In this document: positions 27,321 through 39,046 of the stretch, one piece after another
Layout of the letters: each line of letters begins with the position of its first letter
How positions within the stretch are numbered: position 1 is the stretch's first letter
Origin: Eledone cirrhosa
Lineage: Eukaryota
Length of the DNA: 64,000 nucleotides
NCBI GenBank assembly: GCA_964016885.1
Contig: OZ024753.1
Span: 16,244,001 to 16,308,000, forward strand
Reading direction: 5' to 3'
Made by a program: the position numbers and the translations under genes
The notes under the pieces: generated by a model
The model's input: only the letters and a program-made list of their open reading frames with translations
Told to the model about the DNA's origin: nothing
Databases searched by the model: none

Positions 27321-29010
27321 AGTGAGGATCTGGAATGGTGATTAAATTATGGACTGAGGAACCTTGTAGTTCAAAACATAGTGAGATATGGAATGGTGAT
27401 TAAATTATGGACTGGGAAACCTTGTAGTTCAAAACATAGTGAGATATGGAATGGTGATTAACTTATGGACTGGGGAGCCTTGTAGTTCAAAACATAGTGT
27501 GATATGGAATGGTGATTAACTTATGGACTGGGGAGCCTTGTAGTTCAAAACATAGTGAGATATGGAATGGGGATTAAATTATGGACTAGGGAACCTTGTA
27601 GTTCAAAACATAGTGAGATATGGAATGGGGATTAAATTATGGACTGGGGAACCTTGTAGTTCAAAACATAGTGAGATATGGAATGGGGATTACATTATGG
27701 ACTGGGGAACCTTGTAGTTCAAAACATAGTGAGATATGGAATGGGGATTAAATTATGGACTGGGGAACCTTATAGTTCAAAACATAGTGAGATATGGAAA
27801 TGGGGATTAAATTATGGATCGGGGAACCTTGTAGTTCAAAACATAGTGAGATATGGAAATAGGGATTAAATTATGGACTAGGGAACCTTGTAGTTCAAAA
27901 CATAGTGAGATATGGAATGGGGATTAAATTATGGACTGGGGAACCTTGTAGTTCAAAACATAGTGATATATGGAATGGGGATTAAATTATGGACTGGGGA
28001 ACCTTGTAGTTCAAAACATAGTGTGATATGGAATGGGGATTAAATTATGGACTAGGGAACCTTGTAGTTCAAAACATAGTGAGATATGGAATGGGGATTA
28101 AATTATAGACTGGGGAACCTTGTAGTTCAAAACATAGTGAGATATGGAAATGGGGATTAAATTATGGACTGAGGAACCTTGTAGTTCAAAACATAGTGAC
28201 ATATGGAAATGGGGATTAAATTATGGACTGAGGAACCTTGTAGTTCAAAACATAGTGAGATATGGAAATGGGATTAAATTATGGACTGAGGAACCTTGTA
28301 GTTCAAAACATAGTGTGATATGGAATGGGGATTAAACTATGGACTGAGGAACCTTGTAGTTCAAAACATAGTGAGATATGGAATGGGGATTAAATTATGG
28401 ACTGGGGAACCTTGTAGTTCAAAACATAGTGAGATATGGAAATGGGATTAAATTATGGACTGAGGAACCTTGTAGTTCAAAACATAGTGAGATATGGAAA
28501 TGGGATTAAATTATGGACTGAGGAACCTTGTAGTTCAAAACATAGTGAGATATGGAATGGGGATTAAATTATGGACTGAGGAACCTTGTAGTTCAAAACA
28601 TAGTGAGATATGGAAATGGGGATTAAATTATGGACTGAGGAACCTTGTAGTTCAAAACACAGTGAGATATGGAATGGGGATTAAATGATGGACTGGGAAA
28701 CCTTGTAGTTCAAAACATAGTGAGATATGGAATGGGGATTAAATTATGGACTGGGGAACCTTGTAGTTCAAAACACATAGTGAGATATGGAAATGGTGAT
28801 TAAATTATGGACTGAGGAACCTTGTAGTTCAAAACATAGTGAGATATGGAATGGGGATTAAATGATGGACTGGGAAACCTTGTAGTTCAAAACATAGTGA
28901 GATATGGAATGGGGATTAAATTATGGACTGAGGAACCTTGTAGTTCAAAACATAGTGTGATATGGAAATGGGGATTAAATTATGGACTGGGGATCATTGT
29001 AGTTCAAAAC
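27321..29010. repeat. Minisatellite, 58/59-bp unit (AGTGAGATATGGAATGGGGATTAAATTATGGACTGGGGAACCTTGTAGTTCAAAACAT)
   Basis: ~29 tandem high-identity copies. Confidence 0.96.
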
Positions 29011-29199
29011 TGTAGAAACCTTGTCAGAAAATATGAGAAGCTTCTAATAAAGTAATTGAAACTTGAAAGTAGTTGTGTTTTAACAACACGTGTGCACACA
29101 CATACATACACACACCCTCACACATATACATACACCCCCTCACACACACATAAATACATACCTACAACCACACACATATGTACATACATACATACATAA

Positions 29200-29787
29200 C
29201 ATCATCATCCTTCTCCAGGTGTGCTTATTGCATGGGTTGCCATGAACCGTTCTCTCCAGTCTGTTTCAGTCTGGCATTACTCATGGTAATTTGTCTCTAA
29301 TGCTATCAGAATCCTCACACAGTTGCTTTATATAGGTTTGATGTGGTCTCCCGACATTTGTGTATCCATGCCTCTGTTCCAAAAGAAACATGTCACTGAT
29401 GATCATCTCCTTTGCTCTCTCCAACAATGTCCAGCAAATCTTGCTCTCCTTTCTCTGGGGACATGTTTGATATTGGTGGCAAATTACAATGAAGAAGTTA
29501 TTTTATATGGTGTTGTATCTAGGATATATCCAGAGCAGCTCAAAGCATTCTTGTATAAGTTCCATCAATTTTCTTTCCAAGAAGCTTTGTTAGAGTCTAT
29601 GTGGTACATCTATATACAGCACAACTACTTGAAAGAAATCCTGTTTCAAATTTAACAGAAGCTTAGATTTCCAAACCATTGGCACTTTATCTAAAGTATC
29701 CTAGGCTCTGCTGATTTGACATGAACATCACTTGCAGACAGATGTTTGTGATTTTATTTCCAAGATATGTGAATTTATTTGTCAATT
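29200..29787 (-). mobile_element. RTE-clade LINE, degenerate ORF C-terminus and (GAT)n tail
   Basis: Minus-strand motifs across frameshifts: KFTYLG, LDGTYTRML.AALDIS, RFAGHC, HG...VGRP..TYIKQLCED, WRER. Confidence 0.8.
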
Positions 29788-29840
29788 TTATATATGTATA
29801 TATATCCGGGAGCTTCCAACAGAAATGGTCGCATTCTTTA

Positions 29841-30055
29841 AGGGTATGTCAATATTTATTTATAAAACTGATCTATATTATATTTTATCTGATGAAAGCA
29901 CACCATAATTTAACTTGGTGTCCTTGAAATATGTATAATGAAATAAATATGGTTTTATAAATATAGTTTCCATTTGTTAATATATCGTATTTTTACTCAA
30001 ATAATTTGTTGAGTGCTTTATATCAGTTATAAAAATATTTGCTTGTTGTATTAAA
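29841..30055 (+). mobile_element. Solo pseudo-LTR-like copy of the foldback-1 family
   Basis: Collinear with 10814-11010 (GGGTATGTC...CTGATGAAAG...GAAATAT..ATAAATATGGTTTTATAAATATAGTTTCCATTT...TGTTGAGTGCT...TCAGTTATAAA). Confidence 0.75.
29881..29945 (+). ncRNA. Minimal type I hammerhead ribozyme motif
   Basis: UAUUUUAU CUGAUGA AAG c ACACCA-loop-UGGUGU c CUU GAAA UAUGUA UA / AUGAAAUA; the stem II sequence differs from 10845 but still pairs. Confidence 0.75.
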
Positions 30056-30070
30056 ATGATGATGATGATG

Positions 30071-30118
<48 letters not shown>

Positions 30119-30120
<2 letters not shown>

Positions 30121-30500
30121 CACATGGCTCAGTGGTTAGAGTATTGGGCTTGCAATCGAAAGGTTGTAAGTTCTATTCTCAGACCAGGTGATGAGTTGTT
30201 TCCTTGAGCAAGACACTTTATTTCACATTGCTCCAGTTTACTGAGCTGTAGAAATGAGATGATAGGACTCACGTCCTTATCATTCCACTGCAAAGTGGTC
30301 ATGGAGGTGCCACGGCAAAACAGCACCCAGCCCACACTGTAAAGTGGACGTGTAGGTGCCATGGAAAAAAAAGCACCCAGCACTCACTGTAAATAAGGTT
30401 GGTGTTAGGAAGGGCATCCAGCTGTAGAAATCAAGCCAGAATCAGTTCCTGTCCCACTCTTGCAAGCAGGGAAAAGCGGACGTAAAATGCTGATGATGAT
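30119..30500 (+). mobile_element. tRNA-derived SINE, family B (tRNA head, CORE-like block, Nin-like block, RTE-type tail), inserted in (TA)n
   Basis: A-box TGGCTCAGTGG, B-box-like GTTCTATTCT, TTTCCTTGAGCAAGACACTT, GTTGGTGTTAGGAAGGGCATCCAGCTGTAGAA, GGAAAAGCGGACGTAAAATG(ATG)n. Homologues at 34511-34842 and 59123-59468. Confidence 0.85.
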
Positions 30501-30672
30501 ATATATATAATTTTATTCTTTTCTAAGTTTGTCAAAGGGTTAATGTTTACCAGATTTTCGAAAATATGGACTAAAAGCAAATATTGATCTAAGCTAAAAT
30601 AAGTTCAATCAATAAAAAATGATCGATGGAAACCTGTGTTTTGTTATTTTTATTATGTTTGTTGTTGCCATA

Positions 30673-30705
<33 letters not shown>

Positions 30706-30835
30706 CATATATATATATATACATACATACTTATATCTATATATATATATAGAGATATATACATACATAAGAATATATATATATGAATATATGATGATGA
30801 TATATATATATATGAAAAATGATGATGATGATGAA

Positions 30836-32865
30836 TGAGTGAGTGTGTGTGTGAGTGTGTGTGAGTGTGCGAGTGTGTGAGTGTGTGTGAGTGTGTCTGA
30901 GTGTGTGAGAGTGTGAGAGTGTCTGAGTGTGTGAGAGTGTGAGAGTGTCTGAGTGTGTGTGAGTGTGAGAGTGTCTGAGTGTGTGTGAGTGTGAGAGTGT
31001 CTGAGTGTGTGTGAGTGTGAGAGTGTCTGAGAGTGTGTGAGAGTGTCTGAGAGTGTGTGAGTGTGTGTGAGTGTGAGAGTGTCTGAGTGTGTGTGAGTGT
31101 GAGAGTGTCTGAGTGTGTGTGAGTGTGAGTGTCTGAGTGTGTGTGAGTGTGAGAGTGTCTGAGTGTGTGTGAGTGTGAGAGTGTCTGAGTGTGTGTGAGT
31201 GTGAGAGTGTCTGAGTGTGTGAGAGTGTCTGAGAGTGTGAGAGTGTCTGAGAGTGTGAGAGTGTCTGAGTGTGTGTGAGTGTGTGTAAGTGTCTGAGTGT
31301 GTGTGAGTGTCTGAGAGTGTCTGAGAGTGTGTGAGTGTGTGTGAGTCTGTCTGTCTGTGTCTGTCTGTCTGTGTCTGTCTGTCTGTGTCTGTCTGCGTCT
31401 GTGTCTGTCTGCGTCTGTCTCCGTCTGTCTCCGTCTGTCTCCGTCTGTGTCTCTCCGTCTGCCTGTGTCTCTCCGTCTGCCTGTGTCTCTCCGTCTGCCT
31501 GTGTCTCTCCGTCTGCCTGTGTCTCTCCGTCTGTGTGTCTGTCTGTGTCTGTCTGTGTCTGTCTGTGTCTGTCTGTGTCTGTCTGTCTGTGTCTGTCTGT
31601 CTGTCTGTGTCTGTCTGTGTCTGTCTGTGTCTGTCTGTCTGTCTGTGTCTGTCTGTCTGTCTGTGTCTGTCTGTCTGTCTCTGTGTCTGTCTGTCTGTCT
31701 GTGTCTGTGTCTGTCTGTCTGTCTGTGTCTGTCTGTGTCTGTCTGTGTCTGTGTCTGTCTGTGTCTGTGTCTGTCTGTGTCTGTGTCTGTCTGTGTCTGT
31801 GTCTGTCTGTGTCTGTGTCTGTCTGTGTCTGTGTCTGTCTGTGTCTGTGTCTGTCTGTGTCTGTGTCTGTCTGTGTCTGTGTCTGTCTGTGTCTGTCTGT
31901 CCGTCTGTGTCTGTCCGTCTGTGTCTGTCCGTCTGTGTCTGTCCGTCTGTGTCTGTCCGTCTGTGTCTGTCCGTCTGTGTCTGTCCGTCTGTGTCTGTCC
32001 GTCTGTGTCTGTCCGTCTGTGTCTGTCCGTCTGTGTCTGTCCGTCTGTGTCTGTCCGTCTGTGTCTGTCCGTCTGTGTCTGTCCGTCTGTGTCTGTCCGT
32101 CTGTGTCTGTCCGTCTGTGTCTGTCCGTCTGTGTCTGTCCGTCTGTGTCTGTCCGTCTGTGTCTGTCCGTCTGTGTCTGTCCCTCTGTGTCTGTCCCTCT
32201 GTGTCTGTCCCTCTGTGTCTGTCCCTCTGTGTCTGTCCCTCTGTGTCTGTCCCTCTGTGTCTGTCCCTCTGTGTCTGTCCCTCTGTGTCTGTCCCTCTGT
32301 GTCTGTCCCTCTGTGTCTGTCCCTCTGTGTCTGTCCCTCTGTGTCTGTCCCTCTGTGTCTGTCCCTCTGTGTCTGTCCCTCTGTGTCTGTCCCTCTGTGT
32401 CTGTCCCTCTGTGTCTGTCCCTCTGTGTCTGTCCCTCTGTGTCTGTCCGTCTGTGTCTGTCCGTCTGTGTCTGTCCGTCTGTGTCTGTCCGTCTGTGTCT
32501 GTCCGTCTGTGTCTGTCCGTCTGTGTCTGTCCGTCTGTGTCTGTCCGTCTGTGTCTGTCCGTCTGTGTCTGTCCGTCTGTGTCTGTCCGTCTGTGTCTGT
32601 CCGTCTGTGTCTGTCCGTCTGTGTCTGTCCGTCTGTGTCTGTCCGTCTGTGTCTGTCCGTCTGTGTCTGTCCGTCTGTGTCTGTCCGTCTGTGTCTGTCC
32701 GTCTGTCTGTCTGTGTCTGTCTGTCTGTGTCTGTCTGTCTGTGTCTGTCTGTCTGTGTCTGTCTGTCTGTGTCTGTCTGTCTGTGTCTGTCTGTCTGTGT
32801 CTGTCTGTCTGTGTCTGTCTGTCTGTGTCTGTGTCTGTCTGTGTCTGTCTGTGTCTGTCTGTCTG

Positions 32866-32900
<35 letters not shown>

Positions 32901-33340
32901 GTCTGTCTGTGTCTGTCTGTGTCTGTCTGTGTCTGTCTGTGTCTGTGTCCGTCTGTGTCTGTGTCCGTCTGTGTCCGTCTGTGTCCGTCTGTGTCCGTCT
33001 GTGTCCGTCTGTGTCCGTCTGTGTCCGTCTGTGTCCGTCTCTGTCCGTCTCTGTCCGTCTCTGTCCGTCTGTGTCCGTCTGTGTCCGTCTGTGTCCGTCT
33101 GTGTCCGTCTGTGTCCGTCTCTGTCCGTCTGTGTCCGTCTGTGTCCGTCTGTGTCCGTCTGTGTCCGTCTGTGTCCGTCTGTGTCCGTCTGTGTCCGTCT
33201 GTGTCCGTCTGTGTCCGTCTGTGTCCGTCTGTGTCCGTCTGTGTCCGTCTGTGTCCGTCTGTGTCTGTCTGTGTCTGTCTGTGTCTGTCTGTGTCTGTCT
33301 GTGTCTGTCTGTGTCTGTCTGTGTTTGTCTGTGTCTGTCT

Positions 33341-33389
<49 letters not shown>

Positions 33390-33545
33390 TGTGTGTGTGT
33401 CTGTGTGTGTGTCTGTGTGTGTGTCTGTGTGTGTGTGTGCGTGTGTGTCTGTGTGTGTGTCTGTGTGTGTGTGTGTGTGTTGGTGTGTGTGTGTTGGTGT
33501 GTTGGTGTTGATGTGTGTGTTGATGTGTGTGTGTTGGTGTGTGTA
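30836..33545. repeat. Compound microsatellite (GAGT/GT, GTCT, 14-bp GTCCGTCTGTGTCT / GTCCCTCTGTGTCT, 10-bp GTGTCCGTCT, GT)
   Basis: Direct reading. Confidence 0.97.
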
Positions 33546-33746
33546 CATAATCAGGAAGGGGAAATCTCAGTGTTTCATTCCCTTTGTTAAGTTATGTTTG
33601 AGGTTTGACTAAACCAATAAATGGAAAGACAAAAAAGAAAGCAGCACATCGCAACAAACATTGATTTGTTGGTTAAAGTAAACACAGTTGAGTTCCTCTT
33701 TTAGTAGCTCCTCTCTTCCTCCTCCTCTGACATTTACCAGAAATTG

Positions 33747-34152
33747 AATATATATATATACAATATATATATATATATACAATATATATATATACAAGCA
33801 CACACAGATATATATATATATATACATGCACACACACACACATATACACGCACACACACACACACACATATACACGCACACGCACACATATACACGCACA
33901 CACACATATACACGCACACACATATATATATATGCACACACACATATGCACACACACATATATATATACACATATATATATATATATGCACACACACACA
34001 TATCTGCAGCAGACACACACACATATATGCACACATATATACAGACACACACACATATGCACACACACACACATATATAAATATATATACACACATATAT
34101 ATATATATTCTCACACACACACTCAGACATATACATAAACACAGATATATAT
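33747..34152. repeat. (TA)n/(CA)n compound microsatellite
   Basis: Direct reading. Confidence 0.9.
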
Positions 34153-34335
34153 GGAAATAATTGATATTTTTAAAGTCCAATGTAGAAAAAAAGAATGAAA
34201 AAACTTTAGTTTGATTACCAAGAGATTGAAAAGTATGAGATTTCCTCTTCTGTCCCAATTATTTTATTGAATATACATACATATATATATATATTAAAAC
34301 ACAAATATTAATAAAATAGATGTTCTTTTGATCAA

Positions 34336-34396
34336 TTATATTTTATTATACATATTTCGGAGATACAACAGTACGTCCTCATCAAACAAAATATAA
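34336..34396 (-). ncRNA. Hammerhead ribozyme motif with C3U change (probably inactive)
   Basis: Minus: UUAUAUUUUGU UUGAUGA GGA cguac uguu guauc UCC GAAA UAUGUA UA / AUAAAAUAUAA; 11-bp stem I; AGGGTATGTC upstream as in the foldback-1 family. Confidence 0.65.
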
Positions 34397-34510
34397 TGAT
34401 ACATGACATACCCTGAGATATTAAATGGTTAAGATTTAATCAAGATAGTGATTAACCTAAGAGAAAATTCAACATTTATACCCTAATATTGTTTAACTCT
34501 TTAATATATA

Positions 34511-34837
34511 TTTCATTTTCATTTCATTTTACGTCCGCTTTTCCCTGCTTGCAAGGGTGGGGGCGGGAACTGATTCTGGCTTGATTTCTACAGCTGGATG
34601 CCCTTCCTAACACCAACCTCATTTACAGTGAGTGCTGGGTGCTTTTTTGCCATGGCACCTCCACGACCACTTTGCAGTGGAATGATAGGGACCCCAGTCC
34701 CTATCATCTCATTTCTACAGCTGAGTAAACTGAAGCAATGTGAAATAAAGTGTCTTGCTCAAGGAAACAACACATCACCCAGTCTGAGAATTGAACTGAC
34801 AACCTTTCGATTGCAAACCCAATGCTCTAACCACTAA

Positions 34838-34842
<5 letters not shown>
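34511..34842 (-). mobile_element. SINE family B
   Basis: Reverse-complement homologue of 30119-30500 (lacking one internal subunit); head abuts (TA)n. Confidence 0.85.
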
Positions 34843-34917
<75 letters not shown>

Positions 34918-34922
<5 letters not shown>

Positions 34923-35977
34923 AAGTTTGTCCTTCATCAGTGGTCTTCCAACCGTCATAGGCATTTCATCGCTTTAAAGACCATATACCTCAGGTTGGTG
35001 CGAGCAACGGCTAAAAAAAGTCGTTGGGACACGTAAATAAAGGGGACGCTAGGGTAAACAAACAAAATGGTTTAAGCAACAGAAAGTGATGATGAAAGAG
35101 ACAAGTCCCAGATTTCTATGAATATAAATTCGGTGAAATCGTGAACGAGAGAATAAAGACCATCAAACCTGGTTGAAATGTGAGCAAGGAAGGAATTTCG
35201 CACAGGCCTAATGGGAGGAAGAAGGGGTCTGGTCTGCGAATTCGGTAAACATAAGTTCTGTGAAATCGCAGACGAGAGAGAGAGAGAGAAAAAAATTCAT
35301 ACCAGCTTGGCCAAGAGCGCGCGAGAAAAGAATTACGGACAGGTCAAACGGGAAGAAAGAGGAGGAGGAGAGGTAGTGACAGAGAATTAGTGAGTGAAGG
35401 GTGAGGAAGAGGCTAACAGAGAGAGAGGCTGCTAGAAAGGGTAAAGATACAAAGAACGAAACAGACGGGTAGCAGCAGAGGAAAAAATATATGTGTAAAT
35501 ATGATAATAATGGAGCTGCGGCGTTGCAAATGGGTTACATATGAAAAAGTTTGTCCTTCATCTCTCTCCCTCTCTCGTCTGCGATTTCACAGAACTTATG
35601 TTTACCGAATTCGCAGACCAGACCCCTTCTTCCTCCCATTAGACCTGTGCGAAATTCCTTCCTTGCTCACATTTCAACCAGGTTTGATGGTCTTTATTCT
35701 CTCGTTCACGATTTCACCAAATTTATATTCATAGAAATCTGGGACTTGTCTCTTTCTTCATCACTTTCTGTTGCTTAAACCATTTTGTTTGTTTACCCTA
35801 GCGTCCCCTTTATTTACGTGTCCCAACGACTTTTTTTTAGCCGTTGCTCGCACCAACCTGAGGTATATGGTCTTTAAAGCGATGAAATGCCTATGACGGT
35901 TGGAAGACCACTGATGAAGAACAAACTTTTTCATATGTAACCCATTTGCAACGCCGCAGCTCCATTATTATCATATT

Positions 35978-35985
<8 letters not shown>
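34918..35985. mobile_element. Foldback element 3: ~370-bp near-perfect inverted duplication with nested inverted terminal segment, flanked by (TA)n
   Basis: 34918-35290 is the reverse complement of ~35561-35935; 35490-35562 is the reverse complement of 35912-35985. Confidence 0.85.
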
Positions 35986-36013
<28 letters not shown>

Positions 36014-36035
36014 ACACTATATCATCATTATATAT

Positions 36036-36257
36036 ATTTCAGGGGTGCTAAATTATAGTATGCCTTCTTCAGTCAAAATACAATATTAGATGTATAAAAT
36101 GTGACATACTCGTAAGAGTTACCATAACAGTTCTATACAGATACATTCATTTAGACGTGATACGGTAACTCTTACGAGTATGTCGTATAATATTTTATAC
36201 ATCTAATATTGTATTTTGTCTGAAGAAGGGCATACTATAATTTACCATTCCTGAAAT
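36036..36257. mobile_element. Foldback element 4 (arms 36036-36123 and 36164-36257) with hammerhead cores CUGAAGA-AGG...CCU-GAAA on both strands
   Basis: Inverted repeat. Plus core 36220-36256, minus core 36037-36072; GAGTATGTC upstream motif; stem I degenerate. Confidence 0.7.
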
Positions 36258-36352
36258 CTTAACTATAATAAAGGAAGGTCTGCAGGACTTCGTCCAGAAT
36301 ATATTTTTTTACCCCGTTTGTAAAATAAGTTGGATTACTTTGAATAAATAAT

Positions 36353-36536
36353 TGTTTCTACTTTTGGCACAAGGCCAGCAATTACGCAGTGTATTACTGG
36401 TACTTTATTTTATCGACCCCGTAAGGATGAAAGGCAAAGTTAACCTCGGCGAGATTTGAACTCAGATCATCAAGGGCCGTAACTCTTTCTGCAAAGCATG
36501 GTGTCCGACCCTCTACTGATACTGCTAATCCACCGC
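36353..36536 (-). mobile_element. SINE family A, full length with 15-bp TSD
   Basis: Homologous to 9784-9967; CTTTGAATAAATAAT at 36338-36352 and 36537-36551. Confidence 0.88.
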
Positions 36537-37113
36537 CTTTGAATAAATAATGAATGAATATTACATAATTTATGTGCTAAATTTCGTGGCTGTTCATTAA
36601 ATATATTTTATATCTTATTTAAAGATCTTTAAAATTCAATTCTTTAAAATTATCAAATGTCAACACTTCCGGTTAGCGGCCGTTATTTTATAACACTTAT
36701 AATCGCATATATTTCTGTCACTAATTTTCTCCTAATGCAGTTTATATATAATATCGTCTTTTTTTAATGTATCATGGATTACATTACTGATTACATAAGA
36801 CAGTGTAACAGCCTTCGTTCAATTTCTGTGTATATTGTCAATTACGATTTTATTTGATGTATCATATCTACATGTATATATACTTGCGTATAATATCAAT
36901 ATACACACTACACATGCTAGCAGAAAACTACCCATAGGGTGGTTTTTGTGCTAGTATACATAATGAAATAAATAATGATGCTATAGTGATATATATTCCT
37001 TTTATTACTGTTATTATCATAATACTCCAGATAAATTTCTTTGTTGAGTGCTTCATATCTGTTATGAACATAACTCTGTCGATTACATATCAACAGTCTC
37101 TAACTCATTGTTT

Positions 37114-37204
<91 letters not shown>

Positions 37205-37366
37205 TATACACACACATATACACACACACACAAAAACGCATTTTCAATATATAGATACATAAACATGCCAACAATACAAAAAATTATAAACATTTTAAAC
37301 CAATTTTCGGACCTAGACAGTAATTAGCATATAATTAGCATGCATGTTGGTATAGCTCCCATTGGT

Positions 37367-37455
37367 AATAGTTTCATCTATACCACCAGGAACATTTTTA
37401 CTGCATTAAATGTCAGCTTCATAGCTTGTTACACATTGGAGAACCTTGTTGGCAG
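37367..37455 (+). pseudogene. Penelope-like element GIY-YIG endonuclease, N-terminal half (degenerate)
   Basis: NSFIYTTRNI-(1-nt frameshift)-YCIKCQLHSLLHIGEPCW matches the Penelope-like pattern F.C...NVIYCI.C..C..LYIGET.R. Confidence 0.6.
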
Positions 37456-37534
37456 GAACAGATTTATAACTTGGGGGACCTGGACCAATTCAGGTTTGGT
37501 GGGCCCCCTCATATAACAACACACACAGACATTG

Positions 37535-37583
<49 letters not shown>

Positions 37584-37622
37584 TATTAGGATTGGTGCTC
37601 TGAAATAGTGATGTATACAAAA

Positions 37623-38060
37623 ATGAATGCGTAGTAGTATATTTGGTAATATACCGTATGTTTAATTAAAAACATTTTGAAGACCTTGCGCTATCATTTT
37701 AAAGTAGTGACGTTGTCACTTACTTCTTTTTTCGGCAAAGGAAGGAAGAGAAGGTGACAGATTCTGTTTCAGACTGTTGGTGTTCCTCAGAGCAACGTAC
37801 TCCCCGACCTCTGCCGAAAATTATAGAGGCTGGATTCTTATAGAATTCCAGTAATAATAAGGGACTGATTATACAAAGCGATTGCCGGTCCAGCAGCGTG
37901 AAACAGTGCAACAGTGTGAAACAGAATCTGTCACCTTCTCTCCCTTCCCTTGCCAAAAAAAGAAGTGACATAGTCACTACTTTAAAATGATAGAGCAAGG
38001 TCTTCAATATGTTTTTAATTAAACATACGGTATATTACCAAATATACTATACATACATTC
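37623..38060. mobile_element. Foldback element 5 (arms ~37623-37780 and ~37910-38060) between (TA)n; hammerhead-like core on minus strand 37756-37790
   Basis: ~155-bp inverted repeat. Minus: CUGAGGA ACAC CAACA GUCU GAAA CAG AAU CUG UC (the other arm has GUGU, restoring stem II); stem I not evident. Confidence 0.7.
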
Positions 38061-38084
38061 ATATATATATATATATATATATCT

Positions 38085-38606
38085 CATCATCATCATCGTT
38101 TAACATTCATCCTCCATGCTATCATGGGTTAGACGGTTTTGTTACATTTGATGCAGGATTGGTCATACGGAAGTGTCTCTGGCAGGTTTTCTACTGCTGG
38201 ATGTCCTTACTAACCCCAACCATTTTTACAGTGTGAACTGGGAGCCTTTTTACCGTGTCTCCTACACGACCACTTTACAGTGTGGACTGGGTGCTTTTTG
38301 TTGCGTCACTGACACAGTGGGCAGAAATGGGAGGAAGGGGTAGGGTGTGTGGGGTGGGGTGTATATTGGGTTAAGAGGTGCCTACTGACTATAGGTTTGT
38401 ATGCAAGGGAAGGTGGGTCTTCTGTACAACTGCATGGCGCCAAAGGTCTCGATCCAGTGACGTTGTCTTAGAGGGGTTGTAAGTGAGCAAGGTCAGATTT
38501 GATCACCTCGTCCCAGGTTTTTCTTGGTCTACCCACTCCATAGCTTCCATCAATTTTCATTGCTCTGCACTATTTTATACAGCTGTCGTCCTTCATACGC
38601 ATCACA
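38085..38606 (-). mobile_element. RTE-derived element 3' fragment (ORF end, Nin-like 3' region, (GAT)n tail)
   Basis: Minus strand VMRMKDDSCIK..RAMKIDGSYGVGRPRKTWDEVIKSDL; homologous to 60358-60919. Confidence 0.8.
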
Positions 38607-38812
38607 TATATATATATATATATATACGCACACACACAAGCAGAGAGAGAGAGAGCGGGGAGAAGGGGCCCTGTTCATAGAGTGGAGGGAGGGCTGTTAG
38701 ATGAGGGATGGTCTAGGACATCCCCCCCCCCCCACTGCCCCCTGATATAGCCAGCCCCTACTGACCAGAGATTGGTATTTTCTAAATGTCTGTCTTAAAA
38801 CAATTTGATTTA

Positions 38813-38974
38813 TCTCGTCAGTTTTCCTGGTCACACCTATCTTCATTTCTCCATTTGTGGTGTCATTACAACCATGGCTCAACCACCTTCTATTTACACC
38901 AAGAACAACAACTAATCTTCAATCTACACACAACTCATCCAAATGGATTCAATGACAGCAATGTTTTCCTTTAG
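38813..38974 (+). pseudogene. Penelope-like element GIY-YIG endonuclease, C-terminal half (degenerate)
   Basis: SRQF-(frameshift)-PGHTYLHFSICGV-(frameshift)-...EQQLIFNLHTTHPNGFN matches the Penelope-like C-terminal pattern RHF..PGH....L.V.G.....EQ.LIF.L.T..P.G.N. Confidence 0.7.
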
Positions 38975-39046
38975 TAAAAGTTCATCCTCCTGATCCTTCA
39001 CACGAATATATGCTCTCTTTCTTGGGCATTTCAACTCTCATGTGTC

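Noticed and set aside
26224-29010. CRISPR-like appearance of the 37-bp and 58-bp arrays (also 39047-41373)
   Set aside because: No unique spacers, no cas genes, eukaryotic context.
30119-30190. tRNA genes at SINE heads (also 59123 and 34770)
   Set aside because: No complete cloverleaf; continuous with multi-copy SINE bodies.
30609-34258. Long ORFs over the GT/GTCT and TA/CA repeats
   Set aside because: Microsatellite translations.
36917-36954. Short hairpin CTAGCAGAAAACTACCC-ATA-GGGTGGTTTTTGTGCTAG (Helitron-like 3' end); similar hints at 57950 and 60336
   Set aside because: No matching 5' end or second copy in the window.
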